Below are positions 1 to 9,877 of a DNA stretch of 64,000 bases, piece by piece. The notes under the pieces are model-generated. The model was not told where the DNA came from. It was given only the letters and a program-made list of their open reading frames with translations, and searched no databases. The stretch's first letter is position 1. Each line of letters begins with the position of its first letter. This DNA is from Bdellovibrionota bacterium (GTDB lineage: Bacteria; Bdellovibrionota; UBA1018; CAIPTA01; JAALKR01): contig CBDBMJ010000003.1 of the NCBI GenBank assembly GCA_965207455.1, positions 96,001 to 160,000 on the forward strand, in the 5' to 3' direction. Both the position numbers and the translations under genes were made by a program.

Positions 1-2
1 GT

Positions 3-209
3 GCCGCTAAAAAAGAACTGGAAAGACTCATCTATGCCTTCCCCAACTACATATCGGCACGAATACAACTCGCTCTCCTACTATACGCCATGGGAAATAC
101 GGTAGACGCTAGAGGGGAACTCATCAATGCCCTAGCAATAGACCCTGAAAATAAGGAAGCTAAAAAATATTTAACTCTAACGGCAAAAGCTACAGAAAGC
201 TTATCGTAA
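3..209 (+). CDS. C-terminal fragment of a TPR-like protein (runs in from the window edge)
   Basis: Open frame AAKKELERLIYAFPNYISARIQLALLLYAMGNTVDARGELINALAIDPENKEAKKYL...LS* with TPR-type signature (ALAIDPEN); not in the ORF track. Confidence 0.7.
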   Translation, partial: AAKKELERLIYAFPNYISARIQLALLLYAMGNTVDARGELINALAIDPENKEAKKYLTLTAKATESLS

Positions 210-214
210 AATCC

Positions 215-763
215 CTATAGGGGACTCACTTGTACGCCGGACTCCACACCTGCCAACGGAACAGCTGTGGCCACATTCGTACGGTGAATCGTTCCCATGG
301 GAGTTTTTGCCACCGATATCACTAGGGCTGATAACTCATTGTACATGGCACACTTCACGGAATATTCATTTTCCTGAAGCACCACCTGTCGCCCCAAACG
401 CTCTTTGGTATTGACAACAATGGGTGCTTTTAGGTTCGCCGTCATCTCCCGAACATCCGCAGGAATGGTGAGCACGGAATACACCAAGGTTTTCTCCTTT
501 TCTAAAGAAGAGAGCTTTAATACACGCAATTCGTTTGCCGATAAACGCACATGATAATCCTTACGAAATACCATTGGTTCCAGTATGGGAAACGCAATCT
601 CTGAATTTTCCACGGATTGAAACCACAGGATCATGGTCTCGTCCGACGGGTCCACAATAAAATATTGTTTTAGCTTCTCAAAACCCATCATGCCTTCCGA
701 CAAATGAATAATATGCTCCGAAGCCACATTTAATACACCAAAACGGCTTGTTTTAATCCCCAT
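215..763 (-). CDS. fliW: Flagellar assembly factor FliW
   Basis: TSRFG, GMMGFE, WFQS, MTANLKAPIVVN motifs; adjacent to csrA. Confidence 0.93.
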   Translation of the reverse strand: MGIKTSRFGVLNVASEHIIHLSEGMMGFEKLKQYFIVDPSDETMILWFQSVENSEIAFPILEPMVFRKDYHVRLSANELRVLKLSSLEKEKTLVYSVLTIPADVREMTANLKAPIVVNTKERLGRQVVLQENEYSVKCAMYNELSALVISVAKTPMGTIHRTNVATAVPLAGVESGVQVSPL

Positions 764-833
764 ATTCCCTCCCCACTCTTTATGTTAAAGATCACTCATT
801 ACTTTGATTTTAACTCCAACGTTTGGGAATTGG

Positions 834-1085
834 CTAGGATTCTTTATCTTCTTTTACGCCACTTTTAATAATATCTGCCATATTTGATACAGATTTAGGG
901 GAAAGTCCCGCTGCTTCCTTGTTAGAATCTTGAATGGAGGTGTAAATTTCCTCCCGGTGGATTTTTGTCTCCTTGGGCGCCTGTATTCCTAGCCGTACCT
1001 GTTTTCCCTTAATTTGCACAACCATTATCTTAATATGGTCGTCTATGGCTATCGACTCTCCAAGCTTTCTTGTTAAAACTAGCAT
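834..1085 (-). CDS. csrA: Carbon storage regulator CsrA
   Basis: MLVLTRKLGESIAI...VRLGIQAPKETKIHREEIY. Confidence 0.97.
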   Translation of the reverse strand: MLVLTRKLGESIAIDDHIKIMVVQIKGKQVRLGIQAPKETKIHREEIYTSIQDSNKEAAGLSPKSVSNMADIIKSGVKEDKES

Positions 1086-1182
1086 ATCTTAATCCTCATA
1101 CTCCCTGATGATTTTTCTTTTTTTCCTCTAGGTTATTAGGTGCATACCTGATTTTGCTACATTCAGCAATGGAAACCAGCAT

Positions 1183-2103
1183 TTATGTTAAAAAATCTAG
1201 GAGTTTTAGGCTATTAAACTTTTGCGCCGCACCTAAACTAGCCTTTAAGGCCGTTTCTTCCTTAGCTAAATCTGCGACCACACGCACCAAATCTGCATCC
1301 TCCATGGAGCTCCGAACCTCTGCCTGTATGAGGTCGCGCTCCCCAATGCCCCTGATGGAATTTTCAATGGTCGATGCTTTCGTCCCCACATCCGTTCGAG
1401 CCTCGATAAGGCGACTGCGTATACCATCCAGTGAACCCAGCACCGATTGGATCTTCTCATGGTCATTGCTCTTCAAGGCATCGTAGAATGTGTTGAGAAT
1501 AAAAAAAGCATTCTCTGGCTCATCCTGTTCCAAGCCAAACTCTCCTCGATACACAGGAGAACCCGAAAATACATCCTGACCCGGCAGGTTCATGGATACA
1601 AACACATCCTCATCCACCTCCACCATCATATTGCCATCGTCCCCAGAATAGTCCCCTCGCTCACTAAAAGGCTTTGTGCTTGTCTGAAAACCACCAAATA
1701 TATAGCGACCCCCTAAGCGCTTATTGGCTAGGCTCAGTAGTTCCTGGCGTAAGGAGTTTACCTCTTCAGCTACTAGGGACCGGGTTTCTGCACCATTGGC
1801 TGCATTGCTAGCCATTTGAATGGAAAGATCTTTCGTTCGATCCACCACATCCAAGGCAGAAGTCAATACAGTTTCCGTATAATAAAGAAAGTTCTTTGCT
1901 AAAGATGCGTTCCGAACGAATTGCTCATTATTCATTGCACTCTCCTTTATCTGAGTTACATGCTGATAACCTGCCGGATCGTCGGAAGGTTTATTGATGC
2001 GTTTAAGGCCACCTGCCTCTTGCTGGAGCTTTGCCAAATTACTCCGAGGCTTGTTTACTGAATCTTTTATTCCTTTGTATATAGAGTTTTCTGTTATTCT
2101 CAT
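1183..2103 (-). CDS. flgL: Flagellar hook-associated protein 3
   Basis: KRINKPSDDP, RYIFGG and flagellin-like termini; follows flgK. Confidence 0.93.
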   Translation of the reverse strand: MRITENSIYKGIKDSVNKPRSNLAKLQQEAGGLKRINKPSDDPAGYQHVTQIKESAMNNEQFVRNASLAKNFLYYTETVLTSALDVVDRTKDLSIQMASNAANGAETRSLVAEEVNSLRQELLSLANKRLGGRYIFGGFQTSTKPFSERGDYSGDDGNMMVEVDEDVFVSMNLPGQDVFSGSPVYRGEFGLEQDEPENAFFILNTFYDALKSNDHEKIQSVLGSLDGIRSRLIEARTDVGTKASTIENSIRGIGERDLIQAEVRSSMEDADLVRVVADLAKEETALKASLGAAQKFNSLKLLDFLT

Positions 2104-2107
2104 AATT

Positions 2108-3538
2108 TTAACCTAATAAACCAATTATTGTTTCTAACATTTCATCAGCCACTTTCATCACTTTTGCATTAGCAGAATAGGCGTGCTGAAAGCGAACAAT
2201 GTCTGCCGTTTCTTCATCTAAACTCACACCACTGATTTGTTCTCGAAAGCCTTCCAACTGATTCATAACATCTACTTTAAATGTCAGTTCTTTATTCGCA
2301 AAAGCAGTACTACTACCTATATCAGCAACAATGGAATTATAATCTTCCACAACGGAATGATCGGGAATTCCAGAGGAGCCTTTCAAGGAAGGCAGCTTAG
2401 ATATCTGTAGAGCAATGCGATTATCTCCAGGTGCCTCAGGCAAGAGACCAGCAGCAATAGCGTCCAAGGAGGAGGTGACTTCATCGGAAAGTCGAAACAA
2501 TTCTATGGCACGCCCCTTACTCTCTTCTTCAATTTTTTGAAAAAAATCTCTCTCGCCCACTCCATCTAAACCGTAACCTGCTTGATGAATGGTGTTCACA
2601 TTATTGACTAGACTAAAGGCAATGGTATCCATTTTCTCCATAGCTCTTCCCACCTCTCCATCTCTTACTCCAAGGAGAGCACCTATTCTACCTTGGGTCA
2701 TATAGGGAGTGAGTTCAAAGGGAGCCACATCATGCAAATAAATACTGTACGTATTTTCCGGTTTTCCATTGCTATTACCCGGAGTTCTTCGCAACTCCAA
2801 CTCGTTGAGCGTATCTCCTGAAAGAACAATACCCTGTCCTGCCACCGTTATACTCATCATACCCGCATCGTTTTCAAAAACTGAGATTTCACTCAATTCG
2901 CCCAAGCGATTTATGGCCAGATCCCTTCTATCATCTAAATCAGGCACTTCTTTTCCTCCCACTCTTCCTGCACTAATTAAGGCATTGAACTCTCGGACTT
3001 CATGCAGAATGGAGTTAAATTCTTTTGTATAGCCTTTGATACGAGCATCGATATTTTTCTGGATTCCCAGCAAACCATTATCGATATTGCCTGCACTTTT
3101 CACTAAACTCTTGGCAGAAGCACGCACAGTGGAACGAAGAGCAATGTTGGAAGGATCTAGGGATAGGTTTTTAAACTCGTTAAAAAATTTGGATAACTGG
3201 TGGTTAAAACCTTCCACATTGGATTCATTAAAAACCTGCTCGGACTGTGAGAGAAAAATCTTTCTCTCCTCTGCATAACCCAAACTCGTGGCTTCCTTTC
3301 CAATACGTTGGCTGAGGTATTCATCGGACGTACGAGACACTCCCGTGTTTCTCACGCCAGAGCCCACATATCCATTTGCTTTAGGAATACTAGGCCCCGT
3401 TACTTGATCCACTTTTTGACGGGAATAGCCCTTCGTATTGGCATTGGCCACATTATGGGAAGCACTTCCTAAAGAACTCCGGGAGGCATTTAATCCTGAG
3501 TTGGCAATATCAAATATTCGTGTTGCGCCACTACTCAT
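2108..3538 (-). CDS. flgK: Flagellar hook-associated protein 1
   Basis: HNVANANTKGYSRQ N-terminus; SGVSLDEE...FQHAYSANAKV C-terminus. Confidence 0.96.
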   Translation of the reverse strand: MSSGATRIFDIANSGLNASRSSLGSASHNVANANTKGYSRQKVDQVTGPSIPKANGYVGSGVRNTGVSRTSDEYLSQRIGKEATSLGYAEERKIFLSQSEQVFNESNVEGFNHQLSKFFNEFKNLSLDPSNIALRSTVRASAKSLVKSAGNIDNGLLGIQKNIDARIKGYTKEFNSILHEVREFNALISAGRVGGKEVPDLDDRRDLAINRLGELSEISVFENDAGMMSITVAGQGIVLSGDTLNELELRRTPGNSNGKPENTYSIYLHDVAPFELTPYMTQGRIGALLGVRDGEVGRAMEKMDTIAFSLVNNVNTIHQAGYGLDGVGERDFFQKIEEESKGRAIELFRLSDEVTSSLDAIAAGLLPEAPGDNRIALQISKLPSLKGSSGIPDHSVVEDYNSIVADIGSSTAFANKELTFKVDVMNQLEGFREQISGVSLDEETADIVRFQHAYSANAKVMKVADEMLETIIGLLG

Positions 3539-3553
3539 CGCCCATCCCCCTAG

Positions 3554-4063
3554 TTAAACTTTCTCGGATACAATGCGTGCGTTTCTATCTCCACTTTCAT
3601 GCATCTTTCCTCGGGGATTATATGTTGGAGATTTATCTTCCGTAACTGCTAAGGCATTTTTTTTCATTTCCTGGGTTTCTTCCAGGGCATTTTCCACTAA
3701 CCTTCCATTTTCTTGATTAAAGCTATGCACACGAGTGACAATAATCCTCAAGCTGTTGCGTAATTTCATTATCGACGGATACTGAGGATACAGCCTTGCC
3801 ACAGCCTCTAAACTCAGTTTCTCCACATCTTGGTTTGTGGCATTTGCTAGAGATAATAGCCATTTCTGGCGTTCCATTTCTTTCTTGTGCAATTCACCTA
3901 AAAGAACCTCTTTGGCTAACGTAATCTTACGAATTTCTTTTATGTTTGTTTGTACAACATAATCCTTCTCTTCTCGAACGAGAAGCAACAATTCTTTATA
4001 AAGGGTAAGTTGAGACGTTAAATTTTCTTCCAGCAACTCTACTTCTGGTAGCGAATCATCCAT
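3554..4063 (-). CDS. flgN: Flagellar export chaperone FlgN
   Basis: Helical protein with NxxNxxL and C-terminal TYNPRG, located between flgM and flgK. Confidence 0.8.
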   Translation of the reverse strand: MDDSLPEVELLEENLTSQLTLYKELLLLVREEKDYVVQTNIKEIRKITLAKEVLLGELHKKEMERQKWLLSLANATNQDVEKLSLEAVARLYPQYPSIMKLRNSLRIIVTRVHSFNQENGRLVENALEETQEMKKNALAVTEDKSPTYNPRGKMHESGDRNARIVSEKV

Positions 4064-4115
4064 GAATTTTCCTCCATCCTCCGTGATAGAGATACCGATT
4101 TTCTTCAGCCCCTTC

Positions 4116-4154
4116 AGTTTTGGCCCCTAGTTTTGGCCCCTAGCTTTAGCTCCT
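4116..4154. repeat. 13-bp tandem repeat x3 (AGTTTTGGCCCCT x2, AGCTTTAGCTCCT) at the flgM stop
   Basis: Read directly from sequence. Confidence 0.8.
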
Positions 4155-4461
4155 AGCTTCGCAGCAACTCCTCAAGCAACATTTTATCGGCAACCTCTCC
4201 GTAATCGGGTTTATACTCATTTGCAGCAATTTGTTTTTTCAGTAACTCTACTTTTTCTTTGTTTGATAGGTCTGTGCCTTTCACTATCTCTATGGCCTTG
4301 GCCACTAGCTTCGCCTTATCGGATAACCTAACCGCTGTGCCATCCATTGTTTTAGGGGCTTGTTCTCCACGCCCCACAGTGGTATTGGGATTCAACATAT
4401 TTTTCTTAGCTTTAGCTAAGTTTGATATTTCCACATTATCCATGGAGCTTGAAACTTTCAT
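4153..4461 (-). CDS. flgM: Anti-sigma-28 factor FlgM
   Basis: VRLSDKA...EKVELLKKQIAANEYKPD...VADKML. Confidence 0.9.
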   Translation of the reverse strand: MKVSSSMDNVEISNLAKAKKNMLNPNTTVGRGEQAPKTMDGTAVRLSDKAKLVAKAIEIVKGTDLSNKEKVELLKKQIAANEYKPDYGEVADKMLLEELLRS

Positions 4462-4516
4462 AACCTATTTCCTTTCTAAAACTCAGTTTTATTGTAACAC
4501 AATAGTTGCTATCAAG

Positions 4517-4834
4517 TCATTCCTTTTTCTGTGTGTGAATGTTGCGAATACCTGTCTGAGCAGGATCCGTTAAGTGGCGAACAATGAGCTCTGCAAGACC
4601 AATCCCCCTACCACTCTCACTTGCTTTCTCTGCATAGGTATCGTCCAACATTCCACGAAATAACTGTAAAGAACGATTATTTTTTGAGTCTGCACTTTCT
4701 GGCACACTACTTCGCATGGCACGAACCAATTGCTTTAAAAAGTTTGCCTCCATGGCACGCGCTGCTTGCACTAACTTTGGGTCCACCCGATCCAGATTTA
4801 CAGGTTGGATAATTTTTGTTGTATTTACCTTCAT
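4517..4834 (-). CDS. flgJ: FlgJ rod-binding domain only (no muramidase domain)
   Basis: AARAMEANFLKQLVRAMRSSV...FRGMLDDTYA...GIGLAELI. Confidence 0.85.
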   Translation of the reverse strand: MKVNTTKIIQPVNLDRVDPKLVQAARAMEANFLKQLVRAMRSSVPESADSKNNRSLQLFRGMLDDTYAEKASESGRGIGLAELIVRHLTDPAQTGIRNIHTQKKE

Positions 4835-5071
4835 AATTACTCAATAAAATAAGGAGATAGGACAGATGAAAAAAACTGCCCTACCCCCCTTGTTAGATGC
4901 ACCCAGCATCCATGCCAGCCACTATTATAAAAGAAAAAAAACAATCACCATCCATGGCAGATAATTTTTCTCCATTTCCTGCTTCATATACCAAGACCCC
5001 ATCCTAGAGTCATACATCTATCAAAAATCTATGCACATTCCTTGCCATCTTTTCTACTCTTCGTTTTATTT

Positions 5072-6088
5072 TTAAAATATTTCTAATTCCCCTTCCAAAG
5101 CACCTGATTTTTTCAAGGCTTGAAAAATTGCGGTAAGATCTTTGGGACCAACGCCAATGGTATTTAAAGCTTTTACTAACTCACTCACGCTCGTAGACTC
5201 TTGAATTTCAATTACTTTTTTACCCACACTGCTTAACTGCCTAGTTTTATCTTCTATCTGAATGGATAGGTCTCCGTGTGAAAGCGCAACCGACTTAATC
5301 CGCACTTTTCCTCCTGCTACAATGGTTCCCGTTTTCTCATTGATAACAATTTTAGCTTTTTCGCTAGTATTCACCGTCAAATTTTCCAACACCGCCATTA
5401 ATTCGACAGCATTTCCCTTAAAAGAAAACGGAACAATTAAGTCCACCGTATTACCGTCTACCGTGGTGGCATACTTACCACCCAACTCCATATTAATTCT
5501 ACGAGCCACCCTAGCAATAGTAGTAAAATCATGCTCTTGGGTGTGCAAACGAATAGATTTTTTATTAGAAAAGTTTGCCTTTAGTTCCCGCTCCACAGTT
5601 GCACCACTGGGAAGCCATCCCACTGTACCAAATGTTTCCTTGGTTTCAGACGTGGTCCCAAGACTCACGGAACCTTGTGCAACGGCATAAACTTTTTGAT
5701 CTCCTGCTCGTAACGGCGTTGTCAGCAACGTACCACCACTTAAACTGGCCGCATCTCCCACACTGGAAATAGTTATGTCAATTTTTTGTCCTGCACGCGC
5801 AAAGGGAGGCAACTTTGCTGTTACCACTACAGAAGCCACGTTCTTCGATTCCACATTAGCCCCTGAATCCATTCCCATCTTTTTCAACATGCGACGAAGG
5901 GCTCTTCCCGCTGTTTGACCAGAGGAGTCCCCTGTGCCCCTTAAGCCAACCACAAGCCCATAGCCAATTAAAATGTTTTCCCGTACCCCCTTTACCTTTA
6001 CCACATCTTTTATACGTGCTCCCCAAACCTCCTGAACAGACACTGAAGATAATGTAAACATAATAAAAATAAATATAGAAACTCGCAT
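5072..6088 (-). CDS. flgI: Flagellar P-ring protein
   Basis: ARIKD...GVRENILIGYGLVVGLRGTGD; likely ATG at 6088 (track start 6115). Confidence 0.97.
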   Translation of the reverse strand: MRVSIFIFIMFTLSSVSVQEVWGARIKDVVKVKGVRENILIGYGLVVGLRGTGDSSGQTAGRALRRMLKKMGMDSGANVESKNVASVVVTAKLPPFARAGQKIDITISSVGDAASLSGGTLLTTPLRAGDQKVYAVAQGSVSLGTTSETKETFGTVGWLPSGATVERELKANFSNKKSIRLHTQEHDFTTIARVARRINMELGGKYATTVDGNTVDLIVPFSFKGNAVELMAVLENLTVNTSEKAKIVINEKTGTIVAGGKVRIKSVALSHGDLSIQIEDKTRQLSSVGKKVIEIQESTSVSELVKALNTIGVGPKDLTAIFQALKKSGALEGELEIF

Positions 6089-6134
6089 CGATATCACTCC
6101 CCTCATCTCTCTCACCCCTCTTACTCCTCTTTCT

Positions 6135-6995
6135 CTACCTCAATACCCAAGCTCTAAAATCTAAGAAATCAGTAGAACTTATTTTATTATCCATATCCAA
6201 TTTCTTAATCGGCACTAAAGCAATCACCTCTATCACTTTTCTACGCCCTTGGTAGGTAATGGGTTTTTCACCCACTAGACGGAGAAAGTTGTCGCCAAGA
6301 TTCTCCACTATTTCCATGCGCATAGTCTTTAGTTCAACTTTTGGATCCACACCCTTACCTTCCACAGAAGCAGGATCCACAGAATCAAGCTTCACAGAAT
6401 TAATCTTCACGGAAGCGAGCTCCCTTGAACTCTTTTCCACCTTCTTAACGATTTTATCCACAGGCAAAGAACGGAAAAGCGCACGCCGCATTTCCTTATT
6501 CAATTTCTCCTTTATATTCACAAAAACCACATCACCTAAACTAACTTTTTTGTTTGTATTCTCTGTAAACAGGTAATTGTCCGGATTGTTAGCAAACCAA
6601 AGACTGTTTTCACTTACCTCCGTGTCCCTAAAATCCTCACTCTTAAAGCGATCATTGGGAACAGCAGAAAATTTATCTCGAACGCTAACAAAAAAATCAC
6701 CCCTAGGTTTGTCTCTCAAAGAATCATGCACAGGAACGGTGTTTGCTGTAGGCGGCGGAGGAGGAGGAGGAGGAGGCAGTGGTAGTGCAGGCGGTGGTGG
6801 CAGCGGCCTATCCAGCTCTCTCTTCACCAACACATACTGCCTATCCAAACTTGCAATTCTTCTTTCTATATGAGAATTCTCCCATGCTAAAATTTTCTTT
6901 CTTTCCGATAAAGACCCTTCTTCAATCATAGAGCTAACGGAAGTGCTGCAACCATTGAACAATAACAAAAAAATAATATAGCTGGATTTTCTCAT
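6135..6995 (-). CDS. flgH: Divergent flagellar L-ring lipoprotein with poly-proline insert
   Basis: Position between flgA and flgI; lipobox FNGC; SLW and LGDVVFV motifs, FlgH-like C-terminal strands (LRLVGEKPI...NKISS). Confidence 0.7.
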   Translation of the reverse strand: MRKSSYIIFLLLFNGCSTSVSSMIEEGSLSERKKILAWENSHIERRIASLDRQYVLVKRELDRPLPPPPALPLPPPPPPPPPTANTVPVHDSLRDKPRGDFFVSVRDKFSAVPNDRFKSEDFRDTEVSENSLWFANNPDNYLFTENTNKKVSLGDVVFVNIKEKLNKEMRRALFRSLPVDKIVKKVEKSSRELASVKINSVKLDSVDPASVEGKGVDPKVELKTMRMEIVENLGDNFLRLVGEKPITYQGRRKVIEVIALVPIKKLDMDNKISSTDFLDFRAWVLR

Positions 6996-8008
6996 AACCT
7001 AGCCTCCAATACCTTTTCCTCATTCAATCGCCCAGAAATTATTTTTCTTGTTTTTTTAATCCGCACCTGTAACGTGCGACCAATGGTTCCCTTACCCATG
7101 GCCTTGCCTGCCGTAGATATGGTTAAGCCACCCGCTCCAGAAAGAATTACTTTTACACTTTCCCCAGGAAGTACGTCCGGAATGGCGTCCAGAAAACTCA
7201 CTCTTAACACTTGCCCCCTAGAAATATTTCGATTGCTCCGCATACCAACTAAGTGCTTTTTCAATTCCTTCCTATTCTTTGCCAGCACCACAACGGCCCT
7301 ATAAACACGCCGAGTCTCCCCTAGCTTTTTATAAAAATACCGGGGCTGGAGTTTTTCTAAAAACCGAATATTTCTCTTACTTACCCACTGCTGTTCAAAC
7401 CATTTTATGTCTGCACTTACTAGGAAGGTTCTCCCAGCAGAGTAATTCTTCCCTTTTAATATCATGGGGGATTGTATGGAAATCCTAAAAAATATTCGAC
7501 CGTTCCAACTATGATGGTGCTGAGGCTCCACCACACTTAAGCTACTCCCACCTATCCGATTTTTCTTTAAAGCAACCACCGCACTTGTGGGTATCTTGAT
7601 GTCTTTTACGGAAAGAAGAACTCTCTTGGGAAGATCTCCATTCTTATGAACAAAACGCACTAGTAATTTTTTTATATTTTCCCTCAAAGACATAACCTTT
7701 TTCTGGCGCACATGAATCACCTTTGGAGCTTTGAACTCAATGGAATTATTCCCCACAATTTCCTGAATCCTCGATAAGATATAAGAGGAAGGAATACGCA
7801 AACTCTTCTTACCTGCTGGCAATTGTCCTATGGGCATCTCACTCAACAACTTAGCCTTCACCCCGTCGTTCAGTTTTATCTCAGCAATTTGATGAAGAAA
7901 AATACTTCTTCCCTTAATAAAAACAGGTGAACGTAAATGGATCTCTCCCCTAGCCTCCACATCCATGGGCGCGAAAAGAAAAAATAGAGCAATACTACTT
8001 AACCACAT
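6992..8008 (-). CDS. flgA: P-ring assembly chaperone FlgA
   Basis: C-terminal VLPGESVKV...GLTISTAGKAMGKGTIGRTLQVR; synteny. Confidence 0.85.
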   Translation of the reverse strand: MWLSSIALFFLFAPMDVEARGEIHLRSPVFIKGRSIFLHQIAEIKLNDGVKAKLLSEMPIGQLPAGKKSLRIPSSYILSRIQEIVGNNSIEFKAPKVIHVRQKKVMSLRENIKKLLVRFVHKNGDLPKRVLLSVKDIKIPTSAVVALKKNRIGGSSLSVVEPQHHHSWNGRIFFRISIQSPMILKGKNYSAGRTFLVSADIKWFEQQWVSKRNIRFLEKLQPRYFYKKLGETRRVYRAVVVLAKNRKELKKHLVGMRSNRNISRGQVLRVSFLDAIPDVLPGESVKVILSGAGGLTISTAGKAMGKGTIGRTLQVRIKKTRKIISGRLNEEKVLEARL

Positions 8009-8780
8009 TGTTTGTTATTGATAGCATCGCGTCTGCCGCTTGCATCACCTTGGAATTCATTTCATAAGAGCGTTGCACCTTAATCATATTCACCATTTCG
8101 GTTACAATATTCACGTTGGAACCCTCCAAAGCTCCAGATAAAATTCTTCCAAATTTAGACGTTCCAGGAATACCTTGCTCCGGTACCCCCGAGGCCTCAG
8201 AAAATTTATATAAATTCCCTCCAACAGCCTTCAATCCGCTGGGATTAATAAAACGAACTAACTGGATTTGACCTAAATTCAAGCGATCCCCAGCACTGTT
8301 TTGGGCAGTTACAGTTCCATTGCGCTCAATCCCCACACTCAAAACATTGGGAGGAATGGTAATGCCTGGTTGTAGTAGATTCCCACTGGAAGTCATCATT
8401 TTTCCATCAGGCCCAATACGGAAATTTCCGTCCCGGGTATAACGAATCTCTCCAGAGGAATCCTCCACAGAAAAAAATCCATCCCCCTCTATCATAAGAT
8501 CCAAGGGAGCATTGGTCATTCGCGCCGACCCCTGAGTAAATTCTTTATACAGACTGGCCGTCTTTACTCCCGCACCCACCTGCACGCCCGTGGGCGAAAT
8601 GGTATTTCTACCTGTCTGAACACCCGGCTCTAACAACGTTTGGTAGAAAAGATCCTGGAATTTTGCAGTACCTCGCTTGTAACCCGTAGTATTTACGTTG
8701 GCTAAGTTATTGGCAATATTGTCCAAATCCATTTGCATGGCTTCCATACCCGTTGCCGCTGTGTGAATAGCTCTAAACAT
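7995..8780 (-). CDS. flgG: Flagellar distal rod protein
   Basis: ANNLANVNTTGYK, FQDLFYQ, LEGSNVNIVTEMVNMI. Confidence 0.97.
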   Translation of the reverse strand: MFRAIHTAATGMEAMQMDLDNIANNLANVNTTGYKRGTAKFQDLFYQTLLEPGVQTGRNTISPTGVQVGAGVKTASLYKEFTQGSARMTNAPLDLMIEGDGFFSVEDSSGEIRYTRDGNFRIGPDGKMMTSSGNLLQPGITIPPNVLSVGIERNGTVTAQNSAGDRLNLGQIQLVRFINPSGLKAVGGNLYKFSEASGVPEQGIPGTSKFGRILSGALEGSNVNIVTEMVNMIKVQRSYEMNSKVMQAADAMLSITNNVVK

Positions 8781-8803
8781 TTTTTCCCCTCCAGTGTTCC
8801 TCT

Positions 8804-9628
8804 TTATTTCGTTATGTCGCTAATAGCTTTTTTCTCTATCTCTCCATAGTTTCTTATAATATTTTGATTCGCTTCAAATAAACGATTGGCTTTTAAAAGC
8901 GCAGTTAATTCTTGAATGGGATTTACATTGGAAGTCTCCAACATACCCTGTAATATCCCAGAGGAACGAGCATCCCTGTTTATGTTGGCGTTATCTTTGT
9001 TAGTAAACAAAGTACCCTCTTCCTTTAATAGCAAACGCTTGTCCACAAAATCCACTACAGAAAGCTCACCCACTTGCTTCTTTCCATAATATACCTCTCC
9101 ATTCCGGTTAATGATGAGAGTGCTCCCAGGAGTTTTGTTGTCTAAATAAATTCCACGATTTAAAAGATTCTGTCCTGCATTTTGAGGATTAAATCGTGTT
9201 TTTGATAGAACTAAATCACCCCTTAATGTAACCAAAGCACCTGCGGGATTGATACGAAAAGAACCACCCCTGCTATAACGAATTCCCTTGGGCGTGAGCA
9301 CCTCTAAAAATCCACTTCCATCTATGGCAACATCCAATGGAGATCCGGTTACTTTTATTTTTCCTGAACTAAAGTCTGTGAACGTTCCCCCCATTACCAC
9401 GTAGGCTTTGTCCTTACCGTCTAAGCGATGCAAATCTTTTTCTGTATATAGTCGGCGAGGAATGCCTTTTCCCTGCTGGGCCAAATCCGAGGAACTTAAA
9501 ATCTGCTGGAATACAATGGAGCTTTTTTTAAACCCATCTGTATTCACATTGGCTAAATTGTTTGCCACCACATCTAAGCGCTGACTTTGCACAATACTAC
9601 CAGAAACTGCAGGCCATATACCCTTCAT
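8804..9628 (-). CDS. flgF: Flagellar proximal rod protein
   Basis: ANNLANVNTDGFK, TGSPLDVAIDG, LETSNVN; upstream of flgG. Confidence 0.88.
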   Translation of the reverse strand: MKGIWPAVSGSIVQSQRLDVVANNLANVNTDGFKKSSIVFQQILSSSDLAQQGKGIPRRLYTEKDLHRLDGKDKAYVVMGGTFTDFSSGKIKVTGSPLDVAIDGSGFLEVLTPKGIRYSRGGSFRINPAGALVTLRGDLVLSKTRFNPQNAGQNLLNRGIYLDNKTPGSTLIINRNGEVYYGKKQVGELSVVDFVDKRLLLKEEGTLFTNKDNANINRDARSSGILQGMLETSNVNPIQELTALLKANRLFEANQNIIRNYGEIEKKAISDITK

Positions 9629-9653
9629 GCTTTACCCCTCTCTTACAAAGCAA

Positions 9654-9669
9654 AGCAATTCCCGTACCA
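9654..9669 (-). promoter_or_regulatory. Sigma-54 (-24/-12) promoter of the flgF operon
   Basis: Minus strand reads TGGTAC-GGGAA-TTGCT (GG-N10-GC), about 25 nt upstream of the flgF start. Confidence 0.8.
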
Positions 9670-9877
9670 CCTCAACAAGAAAAGAGAGAAATAGAAATTA
9701 GTAAGAAAAATCAAGCATGTAGGCTTGAAAAAAAATATCGCAGCACTGAAGAAATCTTTTATTTTTTTATTTTTTGACAAATACTTCCAAAATACTGACA
9801 GAAAAATGACAGTTAGACTCCCCATAATTTTGATTTTTTCGATTGCGTATATTCAAAATTCTGATTACATTCTCCCT

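Noticed and set aside
780..790. dif site (TTATGTTAAA here and at 1184)
   Set aside because: Only an XerD-like half is present; no XerC arm at the right spacing
4902..4917. Sigma-54 promoter upstream of flgJ
   Set aside because: TGGCAT is present but the -12 position reads GG instead of GC
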